This document shows positions 37,524-47,405 of a stretch of DNA of 64,000 nucleotides, piece after piece (positions within the stretch are counted from its first letter, which is position 1; each line of letters starts with the position of its first letter). Origin of the DNA: a bacterium. GTDB lineage: Bacteria > UBA8248. The position numbers were made by a program, and so were the translations under genes. The stretch spans positions 608,001-672,000 of the forward strand of contig CBDCRP010000003.1 in NCBI GenBank assembly GCA_965221165.1, written 5' to 3'. The notes below the pieces were generated by a model, which ran no database searches, had not been told where the DNA came from, and saw only the letters and a program-made list of their open reading frames with translations.

Positions 37524-39022
37524 ACGAAACACTCGATATGCGCGAAATGGTAGAGGAGATGGGGGAAGAACTGACCCCGCGCGAGCGCGTATGGCGGCAT
37601 CTCCAGAGAAACCGGATGGCGATGGCGGGCGGCGTGGTGCTGGTGTTCTTCTTCGCGCTGGCGGCGCTCGGCTTCGTCAATTCCGCCCTCATGAGCGAGC
37701 CGATGTTCGACGCCAACCTCGTGCGCCTGCCGGACAAGCTCAAAGCCCCCCTATCCGCCCCGACCGAGACCCAGATTCCCAAAGAAAACCTCCCGCGCCT
37801 GGGGATATACCTGTTCGGCACCGACGATCTGGGCCGCGACGTGTTCGCCAGAATGCTGGAGGGCACCTTCATCTCGATGTCCGTGGGCTTCGTGGCCATC
37901 GGCATCGCCACGTTTCTGGGGGTCGCGATAGGCGGAATCGCCGGGTTTTACGGAGAGATCAAACCGAGCGGCGCGCCCCTGTTCGGCTTCATCGGCGCCG
38001 GCCTCGCGGGCTACGCCGTATGGAACGAACTGGGGTTTCTCACCCTTCTCTTTTGCATGACAGGCGCAGGTCTGGGGCTATCGGTGCGCCGCGATGAGCG
38101 CTCCCTGTTTCTGGAGGGACTCGCCTTCGGCGCGCTTTTGGGATTGGCGCTCGGCCCGTTCGAGCCTTTCGAGTGGAGCGGCTTCGCATCCGACCTCGGT
38201 CTTCAGGTGCGCACGCCTTATTGGAAAGAAGGATTCCTGGGCGCGCTCTGCCTCCTCACGCTCGCCGCCTTCGGCGGGGCGCAAGGGCGGAACGCGGAGG
38301 AAAGCGCGGCGGACGGCGTATCCTTGAGCGCGGTCACGGGCGGGGGACTTGTATATTTCGTTCTTTTCCTCGCAGGCCTCTACCTCGCCTATCCGGGCCA
38401 TGCGCCGCACCTGTGGACGAGCCTCGCAGGCGCTGGAGTTTGCGTTTATCTCTACCAGAGATTCGGCGTCACCACGCTTCTGCAAAAATTCAGGCTGCCC
38501 AAGGTGGACATCATCTACACCACGGTCGTGGACGTGCAGCTTTCTTTCCCCTCGTTTTTCGTGCTCTTGACCATCCTGGCCCTCGTGACGCCCAACATCT
38601 GGATAATCATGGTGGTCATCGGCGTCCTGGGCTGGGTGGGGCCCGCGCGTTTCGTGCGGGCGGAGGTGCTCTCGCTGAGAGAACAGCCCTTCGTGGAGTC
38701 CGCGCGCGCCACGGGCGGCTCGGACCGCCTCATCATCTTCCGCTACCTGATACCCAACTCCCTCGCCCCCGTGCTGGTCTCGGCCACCATCGGCATCGCG
38801 GGCGCGATTCTCACCGAGGCGAGCCTGAGCTTTCTCGGCTTCGGCGTTCCGCCGCCCCAGGCGAGTTGGGGCAACATCTTCTCGGACGGGAAGAAATACA
38901 TCTTCGACGCCCCCTGGCTCACCTTCATCCCGGGGTCTGCGATCTTGATAGTCATGCTCGCCTTCAACCTCTTCGGCGAGGGCCTGCGCGACTCCATGAA
39001 CCCGAGGGCGAACTCCAGATAG
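37520..39022 (+). CDS. Peptide ABC transporter permease (OppC/DppC-like) with a large TM insertion
   Basis: FGTDDLGRD, ARFVRAEVL, EASLSFLGFG, AFNLFGEGLRD; GTG start overlapping the upstream stop. Confidence 0.88.
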   Translation: MNETLDMREMVEEMGEELTPRERVWRHLQRNRMAMAGGVVLVFFFALAALGFVNSALMSEPMFDANLVRLPDKLKAPLSAPTETQIPKENLPRLGIYLFGTDDLGRDVFARMLEGTFISMSVGFVAIGIATFLGVAIGGIAGFYGEIKPSGAPLFGFIGAGLAGYAVWNELGFLTLLFCMTGAGLGLSVRRDERSLFLEGLAFGALLGLALGPFEPFEWSGFASDLGLQVRTPYWKEGFLGALCLLTLAAFGGAQGRNAEESAADGVSLSAVTGGGLVYFVLFLAGLYLAYPGHAPHLWTSLAGAGVCVYLYQRFGVTTLLQKFRLPKVDIIYTTVVDVQLSFPSFFVLLTILALVTPNIWIIMVVIGVLGWVGPARFVRAEVLSLREQPFVESARATGGSDRLIIFRYLIPNSLAPVLVSATIGIAGAILTEASLSFLGFGVPPPQASWGNIFSDGKKYIFDAPWLTFIPGSAILIVMLAFNLFGEGLRDSMNPRANSR

Positions 39023-39121
39023 CCTCATCGGCGGGGGGGCAGCCACCCCCATGCGCAACGCCTGATACGCGGTTTGGCTCGCGGATGCGAAACGCCGCTC
39101 AAGTCCAGCGATTAAAGGGCG

Positions 39122-39151
39122 TTGACAGCGCAGCATACGCAACGCTATATA
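39122..39151 (+). promoter_or_regulatory. Sigma70-like promoter of tRNA-Leu
   Basis: TTGACA-N18-TATATA about 50 bp upstream of the tRNA. Confidence 0.55.
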
Positions 39152-39198
39152 GCCTCTTGGCCTGAGCGTTGCTCCAGATAGAAATGCTCGGACATCAT

Positions 39199-39285
39199 GC
39201 CCAAGTGGTGGAATTGGTAGACACGCTAGCTTGAGGGGCTAGTGGGGGCAACCCCGTGTCGGTTCGAGTCCGGCCTTGGGCACCA
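39199..39285 (+). tRNA. tRNA-Leu (GAG)
   Basis: Acceptor GCCCAAG/CTTGGGC+ACCA, D-loop TGGTAG, anticodon arm CTAGC-TTGAGGG-GCTAG, long variable arm, GGTTCGAGTCC. Confidence 0.95.
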
Positions 39286-39397
39286 ACATATCTTTTCCTT
39301 CCGGTCCCCGGGATTCCTGAAAATCCCCCAAAACCGCAACCCGGTCCCGAACGGCAAGGGAGTGGCGAATTACGCAGACAAATTGGAGGCACAAAAA

Positions 39398-40156
39398 ATG
39401 TCGCAATATCTAATAGTTGATGTGGATAGTTGGCCAACCCATAAAGGAAACGAGAAACCGTGTCTGGATGTTGCAATTCCTTCTGTCTTGGAGTCTGTCT
39501 TCTGCGCGCTGGTAGGTGCTTTCGGTAAGTTACCTGACGAACGAATTGAAGTCTCTTGGTGGAAAGATTTACCCAGAGTCCTTTTAGATTCCTGTCCCTA
39601 TCAAATCCGTATTAATGCTCAAAATAGGAATTGGTGCCAATACGTCTATCAGTTCTCGCACAAACTGTGCCATGTAATGACGAACTACAATCGCAACAAA
39701 GTACATCGCCATAGTTGGTTTGAGGAAAGTCTTTGCGAAATGGCGTCGTTGTTCGTTTTGTATAGACTCTCGGAGACTTGGAAAACCAACCCGCCTGTGA
39801 ATGTCCGTGGAGCTGCCGAATTTGCACCTTGCCACGCAAAATACTGTGAGGATTTCGCAGACAAACACCTGACACCAGAACGCAAAAACTTACCAAGATG
39901 GTTATCATTAAATCTTGAGGATATGCAAAACAATCCTTATCTTCGCTGCCGCAATGCAGCTGTAGCCCTTGCCCTTCTTGAAAATTTTCGGAGCGACCCT
40001 TCTCTTTGGGCGGACTGCGGATATATCAATTATTGGAATGTTCATGACGACAAAACTTTTGAAGACTATTTGAATTCATGGGAAAAGTGTTTGAAATGCA
40101 ATGACTCTGATTCGGTTCGAGTACCTGCCCTCGTTAGAAAAATGTTTTACGAGTAG
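39398..40156 (+). CDS. Low-GC hypothetical protein, zincin-like motif altered to HKLCH
   Basis: RBS GGAGG, YQFSHKLCH..WFEESLCE; much lower GC than the host genes. Confidence 0.65.
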   Translation: MSQYLIVDVDSWPTHKGNEKPCLDVAIPSVLESVFCALVGAFGKLPDERIEVSWWKDLPRVLLDSCPYQIRINAQNRNWCQYVYQFSHKLCHVMTNYNRNKVHRHSWFEESLCEMASLFVLYRLSETWKTNPPVNVRGAAEFAPCHAKYCEDFADKHLTPERKNLPRWLSLNLEDMQNNPYLRCRNAAVALALLENFRSDPSLWADCGYINYWNVHDDKTFEDYLNSWEKCLKCNDSDSVRVPALVRKMFYE

Positions 40157-40389
40157 CAAGTCGTGAAGATAAACCAGTTGATCGCAAGTCTTGAATCCGC
40201 GCCCGTGGGCGACGGCGATCTTATCGACGAGCCGTTCCTGTGATAGCCATATTAGCGTCGCCCCCTTCATGCTGCTCTTGCACCCTAGTATTGTGTACGG
40301 GCCTTTCCCTTGATGTGATGGCGTGAAGTCCGGGTTTGGACAAGCCCTGTGCCTAGACATCGTGTGAGCCCGAGCGTGGACCGGGTGCT

Positions 40390-40509
40390 CTACTCGGCCT
40401 CTTCTTTGGGCCGCGGGGCGTGGTATCTGCGGTATTCCTCCCCGAAACAAAGAGAAGAAAAATCCCCCATCCTGTCTATGAAGATAAACCCGTCGAGATG
40501 GTCGTATTC
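40390..40509 (-). pseudogene. Diverged duplicate of the last 40 codons of def
   Basis: Encodes EYDHLDGFIFIDRMGDFSSLCFGEEYRRYHAPRPKEEAE*; gap-free match to 41267-41386. Confidence 0.9.
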
Positions 40510-40891
40510 ATTCCGGCGGGTCGAGCCGGACGTTCGCGCGGAGCCAGTCCCTCAACGGCTCGAAGGAGAACGCATCGGTTTCATGGAGACCGATGATGAA
40601 GGCATAAATACTTTCGGCGTCCGCCGTGATCCGCACCCCGTTGATTGCGAGAAACGTATAGGTGACGGCGAAAGCCGCGCGCTTGTTTCCGTCGATGAAC
40701 GGGTGGTTCCGCCCCATACTCTCCCAGATCGCGGCCGCCTCTTCGATCAGATCGGCGTAATAGCCCGTCTGGGGACGGAACAGGGCGGCTTCGAGCAGAC
40801 CCGGATCGCGCACGCCTTCGGCTCCGCCGTATCGCTCTATCTGGTCCCGGTGGATTGCGAGAACTTCAACGACGGTCGGATAGTCCGTCAT
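40508..40891 (-). CDS. Doc/Fic family toxin
   Basis: GVRDPGLLEAALFRP, NHPFIDGNKR. Confidence 0.92.
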   Translation of the reverse strand: MTDYPTVVEVLAIHRDQIERYGGAEGVRDPGLLEAALFRPQTGYYADLIEEAAAIWESMGRNHPFIDGNKRAAFAVTYTFLAINGVRITADAESIYAFIIGLHETDAFSFEPLRDWLRANVRLDPPE

Positions 40892-41118
40892 TCAGCGAGT
40901 TTTTTGTAGAGCGGCGCGAACCTCTCAAGGCTCGCCTGATAGATCGCCATGACGTGGGCGCGCGGCCTGCTCCCCCTGCGCTTCTCGAGCAGGTCGGTCA
41001 GCGCCTCATCGACCAGGGCCTGAAGCTGCCGTCCCTCGCTCTGTGCAAGGTTGCGGACGGCGGCCAGAACCTCCGAATTCACCTGGGTTGCGAATTTCTC
41101 TCGTGGCCGGGTCGCCAT
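40888..41118 (-). CDS. Putative antitoxin for the Doc toxin
   Basis: 76 aa, KFATQV..ALVDEAL..LYKKLAE; ATGA overlap with the toxin. Confidence 0.8.
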   Translation of the reverse strand: MATRPREKFATQVNSEVLAAVRNLAQSEGRQLQALVDEALTDLLEKRRGSRPRAHVMAIYQASLERFAPLYKKLAE

Positions 41119-41151
41119 GGGACGCCTCCAATCTTGGTCCGAAGTTTATCA

Positions 41152-41171
41152 TGACGTATCATGAAACGTCA
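41152..41171. promoter_or_regulatory. Palindromic TA operator overlapping a minus-strand -35 (TTGACG)
   Basis: TGACGTATCATGAAACGTCA, 18/20 self-complementary. Confidence 0.6.
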
Positions 41172-41266
41172 AGAAATCAGGCGGAAACCCTCTACCAACC
41201 AAGCGTTCGCCGTATCGGCCATGCCAAGATGGGAAAACCGAACGCACGTGCGTCAGCCTGAGTGAT

Positions 41267-41800
41267 CTACTCGGCCTCTTCTTGCGGTCTCGGGGCGTGG
41301 TATCTGCGGTATTCCTCACCGAAGCAAAGCGAAGTGAAATCCCCCATCCTGTCGACGAAGATAAGCCCGTCGAGATGATCGTACTCGTGCTGGCACACGC
41401 GCGCGGCGAAGCCCTCTAATTCCTCGGCATAGGCGCGTCCCTCCGCGTCCAGAGCCTCTAAGCGCACACTCGTGCTGCGCGGCACGCGGCCATGAACGTC
41501 GGGGATGCTGAGACACCCCTCCCAGTCCTCCCAACCCTCCTCGCCTAATGGCGTGAGCCTGGGGTTTACCGCCACGCGCAGCGTCTCCTCATCGTCGGGG
41601 TCGGTCTGCATGACGAACAACCTGAGCCCGTGGTGCACCTGCGGGGCGGCGAGGCCTACGCCCGCGTATTCGGCCATGGTCTCGATCATGTCCTCCACCA
41701 GGGCCACGAGACCGGGACTGCCCAGTTCCTCGGGCGTCAGTTCGCGCGCTTTCCCCCGCAAGACGGGGTGGCCCATGCGGGCGACTTTCAGGATGGACAT
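41267..41800 (-). CDS. def: Peptide deformylase
   Basis: GVGLAAPQ, EGCLS, QHEYDHLDG. Confidence 0.96.
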   Translation of the reverse strand: MSILKVARMGHPVLRGKARELTPEELGSPGLVALVEDMIETMAEYAGVGLAAPQVHHGLRLFVMQTDPDDEETLRVAVNPRLTPLGEEGWEDWEGCLSIPDVHGRVPRSTSVRLEALDAEGRAYAEELEGFAARVCQHEYDHLDGLIFVDRMGDFTSLCFGEEYRRYHAPRPQEEAE

Positions 41801-41809
41801 CTCCCTCTC

Positions 41810-42526
41810 CTATCCACTTTGAGGCGAGGCGGGCGGCAAAGCGGCGAACCAGGCGGCCAGTCCGCCCGGGTCCACGGTTTCTTCCAGCGAGTCCACCACG
41901 CGGTCGGCCCCGGTGAGTTTGTCTGCGGGGTAGCTCGTCGTCACCGCGAGCGTCCGCATGCCTGCGGCATTGCCCGAGCGCACGCCTGCGACGGAATCCT
42001 CCACCACGAGACACGAAGCCCCCGGAACCGGTTTGCCAAGACCCTCGTTTATCCGCGCAAGGGCGGTCAGGAAACTCTCGGGGTCCGGTTTTCCCCGGCT
42101 CACCATCTCCGCCGTCACGATGATCGGGAAACAATCGATCAGGCCCACCCGCTCGAGCACGGGGCGCACCTCGTGGCCCAGGGCCCCGCTCGCTATGGCG
42201 AGGGGCCAATGGCAGGCGGCCGCGCGAATCATCTCCGCCGCTCCGGGCAAAATCTGGGGCGCCAGCGCGATTTCCTGATAGCGCGCCTCTTTTCGCTCCA
42301 GAAGCTGCTCGAAGCGATCCGGGTCGAGAGCCACGCCGCGATCGTTCAGCACGTGGGTGAACAGGAGCCTGTCGTCGAACGCGAGATAGCGCTCGGCGTA
42401 TTCCTCCTCGGTCAAATCCAGGTCCAGTTCCTCAGAGAGCACCGCCTGAAACGCCGCCAGATGGAGCGGCTCGCTGTCCGCGATGGTGCCGTCGAAATCG
42501 AAGATAATCGCTCTCAGTTCCGTCAT
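41810..42526 (-). CDS. HAD family phosphatase
   Basis: FDFDGT, KPDP, VEDS..G. Confidence 0.9.
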   Translation of the reverse strand: MTELRAIIFDFDGTIADSEPLHLAAFQAVLSEELDLDLTEEEYAERYLAFDDRLLFTHVLNDRGVALDPDRFEQLLERKEARYQEIALAPQILPGAAEMIRAAACHWPLAIASGALGHEVRPVLERVGLIDCFPIIVTAEMVSRGKPDPESFLTALARINEGLGKPVPGASCLVVEDSVAGVRSGNAAGMRTLAVTTSYPADKLTGADRVVDSLEETVDPGGLAAWFAALPPASPQSG

Positions 42527-42542
42527 CGTTTTTTATCGGGAT

Positions 42543-43307
42543 TTACAGCCATCCCCCTCCATCTTCAAAGATACTCTCGCCCGTAATGTAGGCCGAAGCC
42601 TCGGACGCCAGAAAAACCGCCAAACCCACGATGTCCCCCGGCTCGCCCACGCGCCCCAGAATCGTCTTCTCCTTCAGCCGTTCCTCGACCGATGGGTCTT
42701 CCAGAGCGGGCGCCAGCAACGGCGTGCGGTGTACGCCCGGGCAGATGCAGTTCACGCGCACGCCTCCCGCTCCCCATTCGGCCGCAAGCGCTTTCGTTAA
42801 GCCCAAGACACCGTATTTGCTCGCGTTATAGGCCGCACGCGCGGGCCTGTGTCCCCGCTCGCCCAGAAACGTGCCCACGTTCACGATGCTGCCCGCACCG
42901 CGCGCAAGCATCCCCCGGCCTGCGGCCTGTGCGCAAAGAAAAGCGCCCGTCAGGTTCACGTCGACCACGAAGCGGAAATCCTCCGGCCTCACGTCCACAC
43001 TCGGGTCGGCGTTCAGCACGCCCGCCCCGTTTACGAGAACGTCCACCCCGCCCAGCGTCTCCTCGGTTCGTTCTACTGCGCGCGCCACGTCTTCTGCGCT
43101 CGTGACGTCCGCCGCGACCGCGAGCGCGCGTCGTCCCAAGTCTTCGATGCGGCGCGCCGTCTGCTCCACCAGACCCTCACGCCTGCCCAGGGCGGCCACG
43201 GCGGCACCCGCCTCGGCCAGACCCAGCGCCATCGCAGCCCCCAGGCCCGTGCCCGCGCCCGTCACCAGGGCCACTTTTCCGTCCAGACGAAATTTATCGA
43301 GTATCAA
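42543..43307 (-). CDS. SDR family oxidoreductase
   Basis: TGAGTGLG, YNASK, VRVNCICPG. Confidence 0.9.
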   Translation of the reverse strand: MILDKFRLDGKVALVTGAGTGLGAAMALGLAEAGAAVAALGRREGLVEQTARRIEDLGRRALAVAADVTSAEDVARAVERTEETLGGVDVLVNGAGVLNADPSVDVRPEDFRFVVDVNLTGAFLCAQAAGRGMLARGAGSIVNVGTFLGERGHRPARAAYNASKYGVLGLTKALAAEWGAGGVRVNCICPGVHRTPLLAPALEDPSVEERLKEKTILGRVGEPGDIVGLAVFLASEASAYITGESIFEDGGGWL

Positions 43308-43577
43308 GGCCTACGTTCCTTTGGCGTCATCAAACAAAAAGCAGCGACAAGCGCCGCCCGCATACTCCCATAAAAGCGCCCCAAGCTAGGGGATGGCGCA
43401 TGGGGGTGTCAATACGAGGACTCAATAATTTTATGTGGGGGCGAATCGCTTGGGCGGAACGCGCCTCGTTGTCGAGAGCGCGCAGGAGGGATAAAATCGC
43501 TTCCGATGCGCGCACGACCATCAAGCCCGAAAAAATGGTCGCCTCTGCTTTTCCACCCGCCGAGATGAGTTTCCCGA

Positions 43578-44261
43578 ATGGCCGACACGAAAAGCCATAC
43601 CCCGAGAGACGGGAAGAATGAAACCTGCCCCCTGTGCCGGTCGAACGAGGGTGAATTCCATCTTCACGCCGATATACGGGACTATTTCCACTGCCCCGTC
43701 TGCAGGCTCATTTTCGTGCCGCCTGAATTCTGGCCCGCGCCCGATCAAGAAAAAGCGAGATACGAACAGCACCAGAACTCGGGCTCCGATGAGGGCTACG
43801 TCGCCTTTCTTCGTCAGTTGAGCGTCCCCTTGGCGGGAATGCTGCCCAAAGGAGCGCGGGGCATTGACTTCGGCGCGGGGCCGGCGTCCGATGGACACCC
43901 CGTCTTGTGTGAACTCCTCGCCGACGCAGGAATCAAATGCCTGCCTTACGATCCGTATTTCTTTCCCGAAACCCCCGAAGGACCCTTTGATTTCATCGCG
44001 TCGAGCGAGACGTTCGAGCACTTGAGACACCCGAGGGAGGAAATCGGAAAAATCCACGCAAACCTCGAAAAGGGCGGGCTCCTGGGCGTCATGACGGCGT
44101 TCTGGGATGAGGCGCTCTTCGCCGACAACTGGCACTACAGGCGCGACTTCACCCATCTGTGCTTCTACCGGCTCGAAACTTTCGCGTGGATTCAGGAGAA
44201 TTTCGGGTTTTCGTGCCGCTGGACGGATAATCGCCGCGTCATCATTTTGGAGAAGATTTAA
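43578..44261 (+). CDS. Class I SAM-dependent methyltransferase with N-terminal Zn ribbon
   Basis: CPLC..CPVC, IDFGAGP, YDPYF, ETFEH, WHYRRDFTH. Confidence 0.85.
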   Translation: MADTKSHTPRDGKNETCPLCRSNEGEFHLHADIRDYFHCPVCRLIFVPPEFWPAPDQEKARYEQHQNSGSDEGYVAFLRQLSVPLAGMLPKGARGIDFGAGPASDGHPVLCELLADAGIKCLPYDPYFFPETPEGPFDFIASSETFEHLRHPREEIGKIHANLEKGGLLGVMTAFWDEALFADNWHYRRDFTHLCFYRLETFAWIQENFGFSCRWTDNRRVIILEKI

Positions 44262-44425
44262 TGCGGCTCGACCCTCACCGTGTGCTCAGCCCTTAGGGCG
44301 GGGAAAATCCCCGCTTGCCCAAAGAATTTCCATTAGGCTCACTCACGCGCTTGTGTTTTTCATATTGCTTGTTCACGTCCATCCGGTGTGGCATTCTTCT
44401 GCCCGTGGGAACAACCTCTTGATTC

Positions 44426-46177
44426 ATGTGGGGAAACAGACTCTTGCGCACGATGAAGACGGACATCCTCATCCTGGGTTCGGGCGGGGCGGGCCTCCTG
44501 GCCGCACTCGCCGCGCACACCCGAAACGCAGCCCTCGACGTCACCGTGGCGGTCAAGGGTCTTTTTGGGAAAAGCGGTTGCACGCGCATGGTGCAGGGCG
44601 GCTACAACGCCGCCCTCGCAGAAACCGATTCGGTGGAAAACCACTTTCTCGACACCCTGATGGGCGGAGCCTGGATTAACGATCAGGAACTCGCATGGAC
44701 GCTCGTGAGCCGCGCGCCCGGCTGCGTGGAGCGGCTCGAAACCGTGTGCGGGTGTTTTTTCGACCGCAACGAAGACGGCACGATCCACCAGAAAGCCTTC
44801 GCGGGCCAGAGTTTCGATCGCACGGCGCACAAGGGCGACCTGACGGGCATCGAGATCACCAACCGCGTCTCCGAGCAACTCGCAAGGCGCGGGGTGGACG
44901 TTATGGAAGAGGCGCGCGCGGTGGCGCTCCTGCCCGCAAGGGGAGAGCCCGAGCGGGTCGCGGGTGCTCTGCTGCTCGACATCCAGAGCGGGGAATTCAT
45001 CGCCGTGAACGCGAAATGCACGCTCCTCGCCACGGGCGGCGGCCCCACGCTCTATAAAATCTCCGCCTGCGCGCAGGAACTCGCCACCGACGGCATGGCT
45101 ATCGCCTGGGAGGCGGGCGCTTCTTTTTGCGACATGGAGATGGTGCAGTTCCACCCCACGGGCATCCTCACGGGAGACGGCCTGCAAATAACGGGCACGC
45201 TCTTGGAAGAAGGCCTGCGCGGCGCGGGCGGACACCTCAAGAACGCAGCGGGCGAGCGCTACATGGAGCGCTACGACCCGGAGCGCATGGAGCGCGCCAC
45301 GCGCGACGTCGTCTCGCGCGCGGGCTACACCGAAATTATCGAGGGCCGGGGTACGGAGCGCGGCGGCGTGTTCATCGACGTGAGCCATTTGGGAAAATCC
45401 TTCGTGCGCAAGAATTTCAAGGGCATGGTCGAGCGCTGCGCCGATCTGGGCTACGACCTCCTGAGCGGTCCCGTGGAGGTGACGCCCACCGCGCACTACC
45501 TGATGGGCGGCGTGAAGATAGACACCAGATGCCGCACGAATCTGGTGGGGCTTTACGCCGCTGGCGAGGACGCGGGCGGCACGCACGGCGCGAACCGCCT
45601 GGGCGGAAACGGGGTGGCGAACGCCACGGTGTTCGGCGAGATAGCGGGCGAGGCGATGGCCGAGGAAGCGGCGGACTCCCCCCTCTTCCCCTATGACGCG
45701 GAGGCGCTCGCGGGGGCGGAAGCGAAAACGCTCGACGCGCTGGGCGAAGGCGAATCCCCCTACCCCATCCGGGAGGCGCTCAAGGAGACGATGTGGGATA
45801 AGGTGGGGCTTAGAAGAAACGGGGCAGACATCCAGAGCGGTATCCGGCGCCTTCTCGACTTGAAAAAGCGCGCAGCTGACGCCCGCGCGGAGGGTTCTCG
45901 CGCCTACAACCTCGCCTGGCAGCACACGCTCGACGTGAGAAACCAGGTCTGCGTCGCGGAGCTGATAGCGTATTCCGCGCTCGAGCGCGACGAGAGCCGG
46001 GGCAGCCACTACCGCGACGATTGCCCCGAGACGCAAGGCGAGGACCTCTATAACGTCTATATCAGACGAGAGGGTGCGGCGGCGGTCATCGAGCGGAAAC
46101 CCGTCGCGTTCCCCCGCCTGAACCCCAAGGCGGAGCCGGCCGCCCTGGGGGAGCCCGATCCCAACTTCATCGACTGA
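44426..46177 (+). CDS. Succinate dehydrogenase/fumarate reductase-family flavoprotein (TfrA-like)
   Basis: GSGGAG, KSGCTRMVQGG, QFHPT, HYLMGG, HGANRLGGN, ESRGSHYR; start uncertain. Confidence 0.88.
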   Translation: MWGNRLLRTMKTDILILGSGGAGLLAALAAHTRNAALDVTVAVKGLFGKSGCTRMVQGGYNAALAETDSVENHFLDTLMGGAWINDQELAWTLVSRAPGCVERLETVCGCFFDRNEDGTIHQKAFAGQSFDRTAHKGDLTGIEITNRVSEQLARRGVDVMEEARAVALLPARGEPERVAGALLLDIQSGEFIAVNAKCTLLATGGGPTLYKISACAQELATDGMAIAWEAGASFCDMEMVQFHPTGILTGDGLQITGTLLEEGLRGAGGHLKNAAGERYMERYDPERMERATRDVVSRAGYTEIIEGRGTERGGVFIDVSHLGKSFVRKNFKGMVERCADLGYDLLSGPVEVTPTAHYLMGGVKIDTRCRTNLVGLYAAGEDAGGTHGANRLGGNGVANATVFGEIAGEAMAEEAADSPLFPYDAEALAGAEAKTLDALGEGESPYPIREALKETMWDKVGLRRNGADIQSGIRRLLDLKKRAADARAEGSRAYNLAWQHTLDVRNQVCVAELIAYSALERDESRGSHYRDDCPETQGEDLYNVYIRREGAAAVIERKPVAFPRLNPKAEPAALGEPDPNFID

Positions 46178-46202
46178 CGATAAAACGGAGCGAAGACAAA
46201 AG

Positions 46203-46553
46203 ATGACGAGCGTAAAAGACCCCACGACCAATAAACCACCCGTCTGGAAGATCAGCGCCTGGCGCTCGATGTATCCGGGCATGTGGTCCTGGGTGCTGCA
46301 GAGAATCTCGGCCCTTGCGCTCATCGTCCTCTTCCCGATCCACGTGATGAACCCCTACATCGATTCGGTGAGAATCTCCATGCTCGCGCTCGTCGTCTGG
46401 CACGCCATGCACGGCATCAAGGTGATCCTGACCGATTTCGGCTTTCCGGATCGCCACCAGAGAAAACTCCTGTGGATGCTGTGCGTCTTGGGAATAGCCG
46501 CCTTCTTCTGGCTGGCCTTCATGCACAAGGAATACTGGAGATTCACCTCGTGA
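46203..46553 (+). CDS. SdhC-like cytochrome b membrane anchor
   Basis: GMWSWVLQRIS, WHAMHGIKVILTD. Confidence 0.8.
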   Translation: MTSVKDPTTNKPPVWKISAWRSMYPGMWSWVLQRISALALIVLFPIHVMNPYIDSVRISMLALVVWHAMHGIKVILTDFGFPDRHQRKLLWMLCVLGIAAFFWLAFMHKEYWRFTS

Positions 46554-47386
46554 GCGAAGAAGCGCAGGAAAAAGGGGCGCATGAGGAGCCGGCACAGGAA
46601 GAGGAGACGACCCCGGAAGAAAAGGCGGAAAAGCGCCCCACGGTGCGGGTCAGAATCCGCCGGGGAGGCGCTGCGGATGACCCCGATGCGCGCGTGGACG
46701 TATTCGAAGTCGAAACCGGCCCGCGCATGACGGTCCTGGACGCCCTGGTCGCCATCCAGAGCGGGCAGGACGCCACGCTTTCGTTTCGCTACTCCTGCCG
46801 GGTGGGCATGTGCGGCACCTGCGCCATAAAAGTCAACGGACGCCCCGCCTGGGCGTGTAGGACGCGGCTCGACGGCCTGGGCGATGAGGTCACGCTCGAG
46901 CCGCTCCCGAACTTCCCGACTTTAAGCGATCTGGCGGTCGACATGTCGCCCTTTTTCGAAAAGATGAAAAAAGCGCGCGGCTGGCTAGAACCCACGAGCG
47001 TGGCGGCGAAAGCCCCCGCGCTCATCCCGCCCACCGTGCGCGAGCGAAAGCGCATCGAACCGCACATCGAGTGCATCACGTGTGGCATCTGCTATGCTTC
47101 TTGCTCTATTGTAGGGCATGATAGTGATTACCTGGGGCCTGCGGCCCTAAACCGCGCCTATACGCTCGTGAACGACAGCCGCGACGCCCTGGGCCTGGAG
47201 AGGCTTTTGGAGGTTTGCACGGAGGACGGCGCCTGGCGCTGTCATTCGCAATACAACTGCACGGAGAGCTGCCCCAAGGGCATCAGCCCCACGGGCGCCA
47301 TCAAGGGCCTCAAGCGCCGCGCCGTATCGAGCGGCGTCAAACAATTCGCCGCATCCATCTTCCGGGGCCGCGCGCCCGGCGCATGA
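46550..47386 (+). CDS. SdhB/FrdB-family iron-sulfur subunit
   Basis: SCRVGMCGTC, CITCGICYASC, CHSQYNCTESCPKG. Confidence 0.92.
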   Translation: MSEEAQEKGAHEEPAQEEETTPEEKAEKRPTVRVRIRRGGAADDPDARVDVFEVETGPRMTVLDALVAIQSGQDATLSFRYSCRVGMCGTCAIKVNGRPAWACRTRLDGLGDEVTLEPLPNFPTLSDLAVDMSPFFEKMKKARGWLEPTSVAAKAPALIPPTVRERKRIEPHIECITCGICYASCSIVGHDSDYLGPAALNRAYTLVNDSRDALGLERLLEVCTEDGAWRCHSQYNCTESCPKGISPTGAIKGLKRRAVSSGVKQFAASIFRGRAPGA

Positions 47387-47405
47387 ACGCGGGGAGGACA
47401 CCAAA

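Noticed and set aside
39286-41266. tRNA-integrated prophage or ICE
   Set aside because: No integrase and no duplicated tRNA 3' end was found
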